From assembly GCA_022014175.1 (NCBI GenBank), contig JAKLLR010000003.1, positions 1-50,579 on the forward strand: DNA of 50,579 nt, in the 5' to 3' direction. Made by a program: the position numbers and the translations under genes. Each line of letters starts with the position of its first letter. Positions within the stretch are counted from its first letter, which is position 1. This document shows, in pieces, positions 1 to 12,426 of this stretch. This stretch comes from Gammaproteobacteria bacterium (GTDB lineage Bacteria; Pseudomonadota; Gammaproteobacteria; Immundisolibacterales; JAKLLR01). The notes below the pieces were generated by a model, which saw only the letters and a list, made by a program, of their open reading frames with translations, was not told the origin of the DNA and ran no database searches.

Positions 1-1073
1 ACCGGAACACCCAGCTCCTTTGCCAGGCTTTTCAGATCCCTTGAGATCTGAGAGATCTCGGTGGCGCGGTTCTCTTTACTGCCCACAACCTGCATCAACT
101 GCAGATAATCCACCACGATCAGACCCAGGGGCTCCTGCCGCATCAGTCGTCGCGCCCGGGCCCGCAAATCAGTGGGCGATAGCGCCGGAGTGTCGTCGAT
201 ATAGAGCTTTGCTTCGTTCAGCAGCGCGGTGGCCGAGGTCACCCGGGGCCAGTCCTGGTCATCCAGTCGACCAGTGCGAAGTTTGTGGGCATCAATCCGG
301 CCAAGCGAAGCGATTAGCCGCATCACCAGCTGCTCCGCAGGCATCTCCATGCTGAAGACCGCCGCTGCCTTGCCGGAACGCAGTGCCGCGTGCTCCGCCA
401 GGTTCATCGCAAAGGAGGTTTTACCCATGGAGGGTCGACCCGCGACGATCACCAGATCGCCAGGCTGCAGGCCGGACGTCTTGGAGTCGAAGTCGGTGAA
501 ACCGGTGGCCAGGCCTGTGATCGGGCTGTCGGAGTTATAGAGCTCGTCGAGCCGCTCAACCGCATCGCCGATCAGCTCGGACACCGCGCGAAACCCACCA
601 CCGCCACGGGCACCGGCATCCCGAATATCGAAAACCATCCGCTCGGCGGTATCCAGTAGTTCCGGCACTTCCCGACCCTGAGGGTTGTAGCCGGCCTCTG
701 CGATCTGAACGCCGACACCGATCAGTTTGCGCACCACCGACCGCTCCCGTACGATGCGGGCGTAGGCCGCAATATTGGCTGCGCTTGGGGTGGAGGCCAC
801 CAGACTACTGAGGTAGGGTAGTCCGCCGGCCTGGTCGAGCTGGTCTGACTGGTCCAGGGCTTCCGCCAGGGTCACCACGTCGAAGGGCATCTGACGATCA
901 GCCAGACCCCGAACAGCGGCAAACAGCATGCCGTGGTCGGTGCGGTAGAAATCATCGTCGGTCAGCAGGTCAGCCACCTTATCCCAGGCGGAATTATCGA
1001 GCATCAAACCGCCGAGCACCGATTGCTCAGCCTCAATGGAGTGGGGTGGGGCCTTCAGGTCTTCGACACTCAT
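1..1073 (-). CDS. dnaB: Replicative DNA helicase DnaB (3' end runs off the window)
   Basis: Manual translation from ATG at 1073: MSVEDLKAPPHSIEAEQSVLGGLMLDN...; Walker A GRPSMGKT; EISQISRDLKSLAKELGVPV at the window edge; follows rplI. Confidence 0.97.
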   Translation of the reverse strand, partial: MSVEDLKAPPHSIEAEQSVLGGLMLDNSAWDKVADLLTDDDFYRTDHGMLFAAVRGLADRQMPFDVVTLAEALDQSDQLDQAGGLPYLSSLVASTPSAANIAAYARIVRERSVVRKLIGVGVQIAEAGYNPQGREVPELLDTAERMVFDIRDAGARGGGGFRAVSELIGDAVERLDELYNSDSPITGLATGFTDFDSKTSGLQPGDLVIVAGRPSMGKTSFAMNLAEHAALRSGKAAAVFSMEMPAEQLVMRLIASLGRIDAHKLRTGRLDDQDWPRVTSATALLNEAKLYIDDTPALSPTDLRARARRLMRQEPLGLIVVDYLQLMQVVGSKENRATEISQISRDLKSLAKELGVP

Positions 1074-1140
1074 GGCCCAATTTTAGCCATTGGTCCGGCA
1101 CCCGTGCGGGAGGTGTGGAAACAACCCGCCACTCGTTACC

Positions 1141-1587
1141 CTACTCGGCAACAACCTCAACCTGAATTTCTGCCACCACGTCCGGGTGCAGGGCAATCTC
1201 CAGGGCATAGCTGCCGGTATTCCGCAGTGCGCCATTCGGCAACCGCACTTCACCCCGCTCGACCTGGTGTCCGGCCGACTCAAGGGCTGCAATGATGTCA
1301 CGCACCCCGATGGAACCAAACAGTTTGCCTTCATCCCCGGCCCGGCCGGCAATGCTGACGGCCAGACCCGCCAGCCCCTCGGCCCGGGCAGTGGCCGCAG
1401 CCAGGCTATCCGCTGCGGCTTTTTCAAGCTCGGCACGGCGGCCTTCAAATTCCGCCAGATTCGCCGCAGTGGCAAATACGGCCTTACCTTGCGGAATCAG
1501 AAAGTTACGACCAAAACCAGCCTTAACGTTGACCTGATCACCGATGTTGCCCACGTTGGGCACCTTTTCCAACAGTATGACGTCCAT
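1141..1587 (-). CDS. rplI: 50S ribosomal protein L9
   Basis: [44 protein letters not shown]; rpsF-rpsR-rplI context. Confidence 0.98.
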   Translation of the reverse strand: MDVILLEKVPNVGNIGDQVNVKAGFGRNFLIPQGKAVFATAANLAEFEGRRAELEKAAADSLAAATARAEGLAGLAVSIAGRAGDEGKLFGSIGVRDIIAALESAGHQVERGEVRLPNGALRNTGSYALEIALHPDVVAEIQVEVVAE

Positions 1588-1615
1588 TCAATTCATCCCC
1601 ACTATCACGGGCACC

Positions 1616-2551
1616 CTAAGGTGCCGAACCCTGTTTCAGCTTCCTAAAATCCAGCTGGCCATCCGCCACTCCGACAAGAGCCAGAAGCACCATCGTCTGC
1701 AGCGTGGCCATAACCATCAATACATACAATGCAATCAACCAGTACCGGCTACCCTTTAGACTGGCTGTGGTCCGATGGACAATTGCCAGCCCCTGGAGGC
1801 CATACCCCAGTGCACCCAGCAGCGCCAGATTACCGGCGGCCTGAGCCGACACACCCTGACCGAAAACAGCCAGCGCGACCGCCAGACCGACCGGCAACAT
1901 CAACCACTTCGGCATCACCAGTTCGCCGAACTCCCGACGAAACCCACCGGGGTTTACCTGCTCAGCCTGCCAGCCCCGAGCCAACAGCAGGCTGCCCACC
2001 CAGGTCCCGGCTGCGCCTGCTGCCATCAATCCAGGTACCACCGGTGAAACTCTGCTCAGAGCCTCAGACAACTGGGCCTGCTGCCCCGGCTCCAGCGTCA
2101 CCAGGTCACGGATGACCGGCTCCATCTGCGCCAGCCAGACCCGGCCCAGATCGCCCATCACCGCATAACTGAGTCCTAGCGCAACCCCGGCCAGACCCAC
2201 CAGTAGCAGTAGCGCCGATGAGAGCATCGCCGTCTGCCGCAACCACAAAGCCCCGGCCACCGGCGCGGCCCAGATCAACAAGCCGTAGAGCACCGCAAAA
2301 GCAGTACCACTACCGCTCAAACCCCCAACCAGGGCCAGTAGCAACACACCGGCCAGCAACATCCCTGCAATCACCCGACTGCCCCGTCGCAAGGCGACCA
2401 GCGCCAGCCATCCGCCGCTCAGACTGGTCATGAACGGCGCAACAAATACAAGCGGGGGCACCAGCGCAAATACCGCGCCAAATACCGCCCAGAGCACACC
2501 CCGCGCCGGGGTCTCTACGACGCGGCGGGCCAGGCCCTTAAACGGGGGCAT
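1616..2551 (-). CDS. Polytopic membrane protein, DUF2232/YybS-like
   Basis: Many hydrophobic segments, LLLARGWQA..NPGGFRREF motif, usual position between rpsR and rplI; ATG at 2551 preferred over TTG at 2560. Confidence 0.8.
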   Translation of the reverse strand: MPPFKGLARRVVETPARGVLWAVFGAVFALVPPLVFVAPFMTSLSGGWLALVALRRGSRVIAGMLLAGVLLLALVGGLSGSGTAFAVLYGLLIWAAPVAGALWLRQTAMLSSALLLLVGLAGVALGLSYAVMGDLGRVWLAQMEPVIRDLVTLEPGQQAQLSEALSRVSPVVPGLMAAGAAGTWVGSLLLARGWQAEQVNPGGFRREFGELVMPKWLMLPVGLAVALAVFGQGVSAQAAGNLALLGALGYGLQGLAIVHRTTASLKGSRYWLIALYVLMVMATLQTMVLLALVGVADGQLDFRKLKQGSAP

Positions 2552-2576
2552 GGTCCCCAATCAAAGCCGCCACGAC

Positions 2577-2804
2577 TCAGCGGTGCTGATCGGTATAGGG
2601 CAGGAGTGCCAGGTATTGCGCCCGCTTTACCGCCTTCGCCAGCTGCCGCTGATAGCGTGCTTTGGTTCCGGTAATTCGGCTGGGAATAATTTTGCCGGTT
2701 TCAGTGACGAACTGCTGTAGCAGACCGACATCCTTGTAATCAATTTCGGTGATGCCTTCCGCGGTAAAGCGGCAATATTTTCTACGTCGGGTATAACGTG
2801 CCAT
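2577..2804 (-). CDS. rpsR: 30S ribosomal protein S18
   Basis: [36 protein letters not shown]. Confidence 0.99.
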   Translation of the reverse strand: MARYTRRRKYCRFTAEGITEIDYKDVGLLQQFVTETGKIIPSRITGTKARYQRQLAKAVKRAQYLALLPYTDQHR

Positions 2805-2858
2805 GCGTCTTGTCCTGGATATCTGTTTAACGAATGCCTGCCGGGGTCCGGGGCGCTG

Positions 2859-3440
2859 CTAAGGTTTATCGCCCTGTTCAGCGACCTCTTCTGCAGCCAC
2901 CTCCGGCACCGGGGCTTCCACCGACTCGGCTTCAGCTTCCGCTACAACCGGCTCCGGTGCCACCGCAGCGGGCTCCGGCTCGGCAACCGCCTCAGGTTCC
3001 GCCACAACGGATTCAGCCTCATCACTTTCAGCTGCAGCTTTATCCGCCGCAGCTGCTGAAGCAGCGGCTTCACGGGCTGCGCGGACTTCCGCAGATTTGC
3101 GTTCCCGGGCTTTCTCCTCTTCCACCAGCTTCATCATCGGGGAGGCCTCGGTCACCAGTTTGTCGGTACGAATCGTCAACTCCCTCAGCACAGCGTCATT
3201 AAAACGGAACAGACTGGCCAGTTCGTCCATGGCAGCCTGGGTCGCTTCCACGTTGAACAACACGTAATGCGCCTTATGCACGTCGTTGATTGAGTAGACC
3301 AGCGGACGACGCCCCCAGTCTTCAAGCCGATGGATGGTGCCGCCGTCACCTTCGATTACCGAGCGATAACGCTCGATCATGGCGGGAACCTGTTCACTCT
3401 GATCCGGATGGACCATGAAAACCACTTCGTAATGGCGCAT
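2859..3440 (-). CDS. rpsF: 30S ribosomal protein S6 with long Ala/Glu/Pro-rich C-terminal tail
   Basis: [25 protein letters not shown]...EDWGRR...KAHYVL. Confidence 0.98.
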   Translation of the reverse strand: MRHYEVVFMVHPDQSEQVPAMIERYRSVIEGDGGTIHRLEDWGRRPLVYSINDVHKAHYVLFNVEATQAAMDELASLFRFNDAVLRELTIRTDKLVTEASPMMKLVEEEKARERKSAEVRAAREAAASAAAADKAAAESDEAESVVAEPEAVAEPEPAAVAPEPVVAEAEAESVEAPVPEVAAEEVAEQGDKP

Positions 3441-3500
3441 TGAGACGCTCCTTTTGAGTTGGTAGCCACCCGCTAAAGCGGTGCAGCAAGGAGGGGCCTG
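3441..3500 (-). promoter_or_regulatory. Putative S6:S18 autoregulatory leader in rpsF 5' UTR
   Basis: CTCCTT (3493-3488) can pair with SD AAGGAG (3453-3448), enclosing an inner hairpin, as in the known rpsF leader. Confidence 0.55.
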
Positions 3501-3524
3501 TTTCAGGCCCGTAAAGGCCGACGG

Positions 3525-3553
3525 ATTCTAGACAATCCCGGCCACTATTGCAA
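3525..3553 (-). promoter_or_regulatory. Sigma70-like promoter of rpsF operon
   Basis: TTGCAA - 17 nt - TAGAAT followed by a GC-rich discriminator. Confidence 0.65.
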
Positions 3554-4303
3554 TTGGCGTTGGCGCTGAGCCTCAAACAGGAAGATACCGGCGGCTACCG
3601 ACACATTAAGGCTGCCCAGAGCCCCGACCATGGGAATGCCCGCCAGCAGGTCGCAGCGCGCCCGGGTCAGGCGTCGCAACCCCGCCCCCTCCGCGCCCAG
3701 TACCAGACCCAGAGAACCCGACAGAGCGACCTCGTAGAGCGAAGAGCCCGCCTCGGCAGCAGCCCCTACCAGAAATACGCCGGCTTCACTCATCAATTTC
3801 AAGGTGCGATCCAGATTACTCACCTGAATATAGGGCTGAAATTCGGCGGCACCGGAAGCGGTTTTTCTGGCCGCTGGAGTCAAACTCACTGAACGCTTGC
3901 GCCCAGCGATCACCGCATCCGCCCCGGCGCACTCCGCACTGCGCAGGCAGGCTCCCAGATTGCGTGGGTCCTGCACCGCATCCAGCACCAGGAATAGTGG
4001 ATCGGGGCGGCTGGTCAACATCCGCTCCAAATCAACTTCATTGCCAGCTTCCAGCGGCCGCACTCGAGCAACGACGCCCTGATGGGCACCCTCTGTCATT
4101 CGCGACAGGGTCTCGGTGGAGACCCGCTGCGGCTGCAGCCCCGCGCCCAATGCGAGCACCTCAACCTCTGCCAGTCGCTGACTCTCGCTGTTTGAAAGAT
4201 GGATCGACAGCACCCGGCCCGGGGCCTTGTGCAACACCGCATTCACCGGATGGATACCGAAAATCAGCTGCCCCTCCGGAATGCGCTGAGATTTTCCGGT
4301 CAT
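3545..4303 (-). CDS. rlmB: 23S rRNA Gm2251 2'-O-methyltransferase (SPOUT)
   Basis: HQGVVA, LVLDAVQDPRNLGACLRSA, GAEGAGLRRLT, SLNVSVAAG; downstream of rnr. Confidence 0.96.
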   Translation of the reverse strand: MTGKSQRIPEGQLIFGIHPVNAVLHKAPGRVLSIHLSNSESQRLAEVEVLALGAGLQPQRVSTETLSRMTEGAHQGVVARVRPLEAGNEVDLERMLTSRPDPLFLVLDAVQDPRNLGACLRSAECAGADAVIAGRKRSVSLTPAARKTASGAAEFQPYIQVSNLDRTLKLMSEAGVFLVGAAAEAGSSLYEVALSGSLGLVLGAEGAGLRRLTRARCDLLAGIPMVGALGSLNVSVAAGIFLFEAQRQRQLQ

Positions 4304-6447
4304 CCAGCCAATACCAGATCGATTTTGCGCTCGTCCAGGTCTACTCGAACGACCTGCACCTTGATGGCATCACCCACCCGGTACTGCTTGCGGCTGCGGC
4401 GGCCGATCAGGCGGTGATGTACCGCATCGAACTCGTAATAATCATTACCCAGGGCAGTCACATGCACCAGTCCCTCAATGTAGAGCTCATTCAGCTCAAC
4501 AAACAGGCCAAAGCCGGTCACCCCGCTGATCACCCCCGCAAAGGGCTGGCCAACCCGTTCCATCATAAATTCGCATTTTAGCCAGGCCACGGTGTCCCGG
4601 CTCGCCTCTTCCGCCCGTCGCTCGGTGTGGGAACAGTGTTCGCCCAGCGCCACCATGTCCGCTGGCTGGTAGATAAACCGGTTCGGCTTTTTGCCACTCA
4701 AGACATGCCGAATACCTCGGTGGACGAGCAGATCGGGATAACGCCGAATCGGCGAGGTAAAGTGCGCGTAGGCATCCAGCGAAAGTCCGAAATGGCCGTT
4801 GTTTTCCGGCACATAGACCGCCTGTTTCAGGCTCCGCAACGCGACAGTCTGGATCAGATGGCGGTCTGGCCGCTCCCGGGCCTGCTCCAGCACCTGGGCC
4901 AGATCGCCGGGAGCGGGTTCAGAACCCCCTCGCAGCTCCAGACCGAGTTCCGCCAGAAAAGCCCTCAAATCCGTAACACGCTCCTCCGCAGGGCGATCAT
5001 GCACCCGGTAGAGAGCCGGCAGCTCCGCGGCGGACAGAAACCGGGCGGCGCAACGATTGGCGGCGATCATGCACTCTTCGATCAACCGGTGAGCATCGTT
5101 CCGCACCACCGCGCAGATATTTGCGATCTTGCCGGAATCATCAAACTCAATACGGCTCTCGGTGCTATCAAAATCGATCGCTCCCCGACTGGTTTTTGCC
5201 GAAACCATGGCCTGGTAAAGTGCCCGTAACTCAAACAGATGGGGTTCCAGATGCCCCGGCACACCCTCCTTCCGCCCATCAAACAGCGCTGCCACCTGGC
5301 TGTAGGTCAGGCGGGCCTGGGAGCGCATTACCGCTGGATAGAATTGGTACTCCCCCGGCTCGCCGCCAGGGTCGATCTGCATTTCACAGACCATACAGAG
5401 GCGGTCCACCTCGGGCATCAGCGAGCAGAGCCCGTTGGAGAGCGCCTCCGGCAACATCGGTATCACCAGCTGGGGGAAATAGACCGAAGTTCCCCGGTTG
5501 CGAGCCTCCTCATCCAGGGCAGTCCCTGGTTCAACGTAATGGGAGACGTCAGCAATCGCCACGAACAGCCGCCAGCCATCACCATTCCGTTCACAGTAAA
5601 CCGCGTCGTCGAAATCCCGGGCATCTTCACCGTCGATGGTCACCAGAGGCAGATCACGCAAATCGGTTCGCCCCTGCTTTGCGTTGGCTGCGACTTCAGT
5701 GCCCCATCGTGCTGCCTCGCTCAAGGTCGCCGCAGGCCACTCCACCGGCAACTCAAACTTACGCACCGCTATCTCGGTCTCCATACCGGGGGCCAGGTGC
5801 TCTCCCAAAATCTCTACAATTTCACCCAACGGCGGCTGACGCTGATCTGGCTGGCGCAACAGCCGCACCACCGCGATCTGTTTCGCACAGACCTCCGGGT
5901 CCGCATCCGGCAGCAGAACGTCCTGACTGATGCGGCGATCATCCGCCACCAGATAACAGATATTACCGTCCCGGTGAACCCGCCCCACCAACTGCTGATG
6001 AGCCCGCTCAAGCACCTCGACGATGCCCCCTTCACGCCGCCCACGCTGATCGACTTTACGTACCTGGACCACCACCCGATCACCGTGAAAGACCCGATGC
6101 ATCTCCCGGGGTGAGAGGAACAGATCTTCACTACCATCATCTGGCCGGGCAAACCCAAAACCATCCGCATGGCCGATCACCCGACCCGGCAACAAGCCGA
6201 TATCTGTCACCGGCCCCAGCCGGTCACGACGATCCCGCAACAGTTGCCCCGCTTTTTCCATCGCAATCAGCCGCCGCCGTAGGCCCTCCCGCTCCGCCTC
6301 GTCGGCAAGACCAAGACCTTTGGCCAGCTGCTTGAAAGTCAGCATTTTCTGCCGCTCCTTCAGGTAGCTCAGGATAAATTCCCGACTGGGAATCGGGTGT
6401 TCGTATCGAGCGGCTTCCCGCCCGGCGTGGGGATCTTGTTTTCTCAT
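4300..6447 (-). CDS. rnr: Ribonuclease R
   Basis: RNB motifs TIDGEDARDFDDA and HFTSPIRRYPDL, C-terminal S1 domain; start moved to ATG 6447 (MRKQDPHA..REA..YEHPIPSRE) because the longer ORF overlaps the tRNA. Confidence 0.97.
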   Translation of the reverse strand: MRKQDPHAGREAARYEHPIPSREFILSYLKERQKMLTFKQLAKGLGLADEAEREGLRRRLIAMEKAGQLLRDRRDRLGPVTDIGLLPGRVIGHADGFGFARPDDGSEDLFLSPREMHRVFHGDRVVVQVRKVDQRGRREGGIVEVLERAHQQLVGRVHRDGNICYLVADDRRISQDVLLPDADPEVCAKQIAVVRLLRQPDQRQPPLGEIVEILGEHLAPGMETEIAVRKFELPVEWPAATLSEAARWGTEVAANAKQGRTDLRDLPLVTIDGEDARDFDDAVYCERNGDGWRLFVAIADVSHYVEPGTALDEEARNRGTSVYFPQLVIPMLPEALSNGLCSLMPEVDRLCMVCEMQIDPGGEPGEYQFYPAVMRSQARLTYSQVAALFDGRKEGVPGHLEPHLFELRALYQAMVSAKTSRGAIDFDSTESRIEFDDSGKIANICAVVRNDAHRLIEECMIAANRCAARFLSAAELPALYRVHDRPAEERVTDLRAFLAELGLELRGGSEPAPGDLAQVLEQARERPDRHLIQTVALRSLKQAVYVPENNGHFGLSLDAYAHFTSPIRRYPDLLVHRGIRHVLSGKKPNRFIYQPADMVALGEHCSHTERRAEEASRDTVAWLKCEFMMERVGQPFAGVISGVTGFGLFVELNELYIEGLVHVTALGNDYYEFDAVHHRLIGRRSRKQYRVGDAIKVQVVRVDLDERKIDLVLAG

Positions 6448-6455
6448 TGCATGGT

Positions 6456-6485
6456 TTGACAATTCAACAGATGGGGCGGTACATT
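6456..6485 (+). promoter_or_regulatory. Sigma70 promoter for tRNA-Leu
   Basis: TTGACA - 18 nt - TACATT followed by GC-rich TTGCCGCC, about 50 nt upstream of the tRNA. Confidence 0.7.
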
Positions 6486-6535
6486 TTGCCGCCTTTCGGC
6501 AACCACCTGTCGAAAAACTGCACTTTAAAATTATT

Positions 6536-6622
6536 GCCGAAGTGGTGAAATTGGTAGACACGCTAGCTTCAGGTGCTAGTGGGGGTAACCCCGTGGAGGT
6601 TCAAGTCCTCTCTTCGGCACCA
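6536..6622 (+). tRNA. tRNA-Leu (anticodon CAG)
   Basis: GCCGAAG/CTTCGGC acceptor stem, anticodon arm CTAGC-TTCAGGT-GCTAG, long variable arm, GGTTCAAGTCC T-arm, encoded CCA; 87 nt. Confidence 0.97.
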
Positions 6623-6745
6623 TCATACAGAGACTTTCTCCACCGCGTCAGGTCAGTCTGAACGCCTCCCCACGTACTTGGAGGAGAGACCTAAAGATCT
6701 GATGCCACTCATCCCTGCCCATTTCCCTGAAGGCTGTCCCTTAAC

Positions 6746-7471
6746 TCATTTACGAACAACCATTTTCAGCGTTGGCTTAAAATTCCAGCTACTTCTAGCT
6801 CGACTGAAACCGTGTGACTTCAGTAATTTCTCCAGGGAGTTTTTAGAAAAATAGAGCAGATGCTCGGGCGGACGAACGGCGTCCCATATCAAGGGATCTT
6901 TGATCACTGAAAAATGTGAAATATCAGGTGTGGTCAGAAATAAAACGCCATCATCTTTCAGGATTTTATGCAGCGAATCGACAAAATCATCGACCTTCGA
7001 TAAATGCTCAATAACTTCGCTGCAATATATAATATCGAATGATTTTCCCGATGCCGCCAGATCCTGAACGCTCATCGCATCAAAGCTCGCCTGAGGATAA
7101 ATCTCTCGGGCACATCTAATCGAATTTTCATCAACATCAATGCCGTATGCATCCAGGCCCAGATTTCTCGCGGCCTCTACCGCAAAGCCAGCATTACAGC
7201 CAATATCTACAAATAATTTACCAGGGGTATATTTGGCAATTTTCTTAATGCGTCTGCGGGCCCTGCGTTGTTTTGATTCCAGCTTTCCGGTGTATTGGGA
7301 TGTTTTATGATAATTTTGGTAGAAACGATTCAGATCTGTATCATCAGGCATTGGGTTAACGAAAACCATCTCACAGGCACTACATTTAAAAAGGTTATAG
7401 CCATTTTTACTGCCGAAAGGGGCGTGTTCTCCACCACCGCAGACCGGACATACATGCGTTAATTGATCCAT
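6746..7471 (-). CDS. Class I SAM-dependent methyltransferase with N-terminal CxxC..CxxC zinc ribbon; AT-rich
   Basis: CPVC/CSAC, VDIGCNAG motif I, FDIIYCSEVIEHL, GVLFLTTP, PPEHLLYF. Confidence 0.88.
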   Translation of the reverse strand: MDQLTHVCPVCGGGEHAPFGSKNGYNLFKCSACEMVFVNPMPDDTDLNRFYQNYHKTSQYTGKLESKQRRARRRIKKIAKYTPGKLFVDIGCNAGFAVEAARNLGLDAYGIDVDENSIRCAREIYPQASFDAMSVQDLAASGKSFDIIYCSEVIEHLSKVDDFVDSLHKILKDDGVLFLTTPDISHFSVIKDPLIWDAVRPPEHLLYFSKNSLEKLLKSHGFSRARSSWNFKPTLKMVVRK

Positions 7472-7565
7472 GTCTGAAATTTGAGCCGATTTAACAGCTT
7501 AGTTGTTGCAGCCACACCAGACAAACAACAGTAGCAGCTATTGTGGGCGGCGAACCAACGCCAAA

Positions 7566-10053
<2,488 letters not shown>

Positions 10054-10055
10054 AA

Positions 10056-10241
10056 TTATTTAATCAGGTAGAGCAACAGAGTGCCGGCGACCATACTAGC
10101 CAAGCCGGCCAGACGAATGGCCCGATCCGGCAGTTCGGTCAGCGCCAGTAGCGCCTCCCGCAACCCCTGGGGGTTGAGAAACGGAAATAGCCCCTCTATC
10201 ACCAGATAAAGACAGAATGCTGCCAGCAAGTCGTGCCACAT
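10056..10241 (-). CDS. DUF2065 (YjeT-like) small membrane protein
   Basis: LYLVIEGLFPFLNP...IRLAGL; canonical position after hflC. Confidence 0.9.
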   Translation of the reverse strand: MWHDLLAAFCLYLVIEGLFPFLNPQGLREALLALTELPDRAIRLAGLASMVAGTLLLYLIK

Positions 10242-10270
10242 CGTTGGATCCCATTAGCATCCCAGGCAGA

Positions 10271-11137
10271 TCAGTCGACCCCCGCGCCCTGTTTAAAATA
10301 GCGAAAGAATTCAGAGTCCGGCTCCATCACGATCAGGTCACGCCCCTCTTGCAGAATCGAGCGGTAGGCCGCCAGACTTCTGTAGAAGCTGTAGAACTCT
10401 TCATCCTGGCCATAACTCTCAGCGTAGATGCGAGTTGCCTCTGCGTCACCCTCACCCCGAACGCGCTCCGCTTCGGTATAAGCGTTAGCCAGAATCACCT
10501 TGCGCTCACGATCAGCGTCCGCCCGAATCCGTTCTGACGCCTCAGCACCCTGGGAGCGCAGCTCTTTCGCCACCCGGGTTCGTTCGGCGGACATCCGGGC
10601 GTAGACCGAGCGGCTCACTTCAGGCGGCAGGTCGACTCGCTTGATCCGCACATCAATGACCTCAATACCGAAATCATGGACCTGTTCATTCGCGGCAACC
10701 CGCAAGATGTCCATGATCTCCGCCCGGTCTCCACTGACCACCGCGTTCAAGGTACGCTTGCCGAACTGACCACGCAGCAGCTCGTTGAGAATCTGACTCA
10801 GTCGATCGTCCATGTTGCCGCCGCCGGATGCAACGTGATACCGGGCCACATCCGAAATCCGCCATTTAACGAAACTGTCGACCACCACGTTTTTCAGTTC
10901 ACCGGTCTGATAGCGGACTGGGTCCGTGTCCATGGTTTGAATCCGGCCATCGTAACTCACCAGGTTATTCACGAAGGGAATCTTCAGGTGAATGCCAGGT
11001 TGGTAATCGGCACGCACGATTTCGCCAAATTTGAACTTGATCACCAGCTCCCGCTCATCCACGGTGAATACAATCATGTTCACCAGCATCAGGCTCATAG
11101 CCAGCAGAAACAGTACGGGATAGATAAATTTTTGCAT
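10271..11137 (-). CDS. hflC: FtsH modulator HflC
   Basis: SPFH domain, DVRIKRVDLP, RMSAER, FYSFYRSLAAY, PDSEFFRYF. Confidence 0.97.
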   Translation of the reverse strand: MQKFIYPVLFLLAMSLMLVNMIVFTVDERELVIKFKFGEIVRADYQPGIHLKIPFVNNLVSYDGRIQTMDTDPVRYQTGELKNVVVDSFVKWRISDVARYHVASGGGNMDDRLSQILNELLRGQFGKRTLNAVVSGDRAEIMDILRVAANEQVHDFGIEVIDVRIKRVDLPPEVSRSVYARMSAERTRVAKELRSQGAEASERIRADADRERKVILANAYTEAERVRGEGDAEATRIYAESYGQDEEFYSFYRSLAAYRSILQEGRDLIVMEPDSEFFRYFKQGAGVD

Positions 11138-12345
11138 TATCGGGTCTCCCGTTTACGGGTATCGACGGGTTTATTGCCGACGCTGCTCGGCGCTGTGCGA
11201 CTCGGGAAAGGCACACCATCCCCGGATTCGGGAGAACTGCCACCGCGACTGCCTAACAGCTGATCCAGCGGCAGATAGAGCAGATTGCCGCTACCTTTAG
11301 TGTCCATCAGAACCTTGGGAGTATCGCCTAGAACCGACTCCATGGAATCAATATAGAGCCGCTCGCGGGTCACATCCGGCGCTCTGCGGTACGCCGTTAA
11401 CACCTGATTGAAACGCTCGGTGTCACCGGTGGCTTCAGCCACTACCTGAGCGTTGTACCCACTGGCCTCTGCCAACAGGCGGGCAGCCTCGCCCCGCGCC
11501 CGGGGCAACACATCGTTACGATAGGCCTCGGCTTCATTTTTCTGTCGCTCTTCATCCTCACGGGCTTTTACTGCATCAGAGAAGGCCTCCTGCACCTCCT
11601 CCGGGGGCTGGGCATCCTGCATGTTGACAGCAGTCACCAGCAAACCTGCCTCGTAACGATCAAGAATGCTGCTCAACAGAGTCTGGACTTCATTTGCGAC
11701 CTGTTCACGCCCACCGGTCAGCACATGCTCCATCTTGTTTTTGCCAACCACTTCGCGGACCGCCGACTCAGTGGCCTGATGCAGGGTGGCATCCGGTTCA
11801 CGCACGTTGAAGAGGTAGGATTTGGGGTCAAACACCTTGTACTGCACCGCGAACTTGAGATCGATTATGTTCTCGTCTTTGGTCAGCATCAGGGATTCCC
11901 CAGGCACCGAGGCGGACGTTCGGGCACGAGCGCTGCTACGGTAACCCACCTCTACGGTTCTCACCCGACCGATGTTGACCATCTCAACCCCCTCGACCGG
12001 ATAGGGCCAGTGCCAACGCAAACCGGGGGTGGCCGTCGACTGGTATTGACCAAAACGCAACACGACACCACGCTCACCTTCGTTAACTTTGTATAGCCCG
12101 CTGGCCATCCACAAGCCAAAAAGAACCGCCAGAATAGCGAATATCAGACCTGCGCCCGGCACCTTCTGACCGCCGCCGAACAACCCCTTGAGCTTGTCCT
12201 GCAGTTTGCCCAGAAGTTCATCCAGATCTGGCGGCCCCCCGGGCTCACGGCGACGCCAGGGATCTCTTGAGTCATTGCCGTCAGGCTTATCCCAACCGGA
12301 TTCAGCCCCATACGCGGGGCGCACTTCGCTACTTGATTCGCTCAT
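11137..12345 (-). CDS. hflK: FtsH modulator HflK
   Basis: DPW...GPPDLDE N-terminus, MLTKDENI, PPEEVQEAFSD, GNLLYLPLD; start set at ATG 12345 (uncertain). Confidence 0.96.
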   Translation of the reverse strand: MSESSSEVRPAYGAESGWDKPDGNDSRDPWRRREPGGPPDLDELLGKLQDKLKGLFGGGQKVPGAGLIFAILAVLFGLWMASGLYKVNEGERGVVLRFGQYQSTATPGLRWHWPYPVEGVEMVNIGRVRTVEVGYRSSARARTSASVPGESLMLTKDENIIDLKFAVQYKVFDPKSYLFNVREPDATLHQATESAVREVVGKNKMEHVLTGGREQVANEVQTLLSSILDRYEAGLLVTAVNMQDAQPPEEVQEAFSDAVKAREDEERQKNEAEAYRNDVLPRARGEAARLLAEASGYNAQVVAEATGDTERFNQVLTAYRRAPDVTRERLYIDSMESVLGDTPKVLMDTKGSGNLLYLPLDQLLGSRGGSSPESGDGVPFPSRTAPSSVGNKPVDTRKRETR

Positions 12346-12426
12346 AGACACTCTGGTGATTATCACAATCTTTATATTTGAAGGCGGGACGTCCATTGTC
12401 CCAGATGGAGCGGCTGTGGGGAACCG

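Noticed and set aside
1-1073. Intein in dnaB
   Set aside because: Spacing from the start to the EISQISR motif is normal in the visible part
6448-6561. N-terminal extension of rnr in the ORF track
   Set aside because: Overlaps the tRNA and its promoter; not RNase R-like
6536-6622. Suppressor tRNA explaining the internal stops
   Set aside because: Anticodon is CAG (Leu), not CUA or UCA
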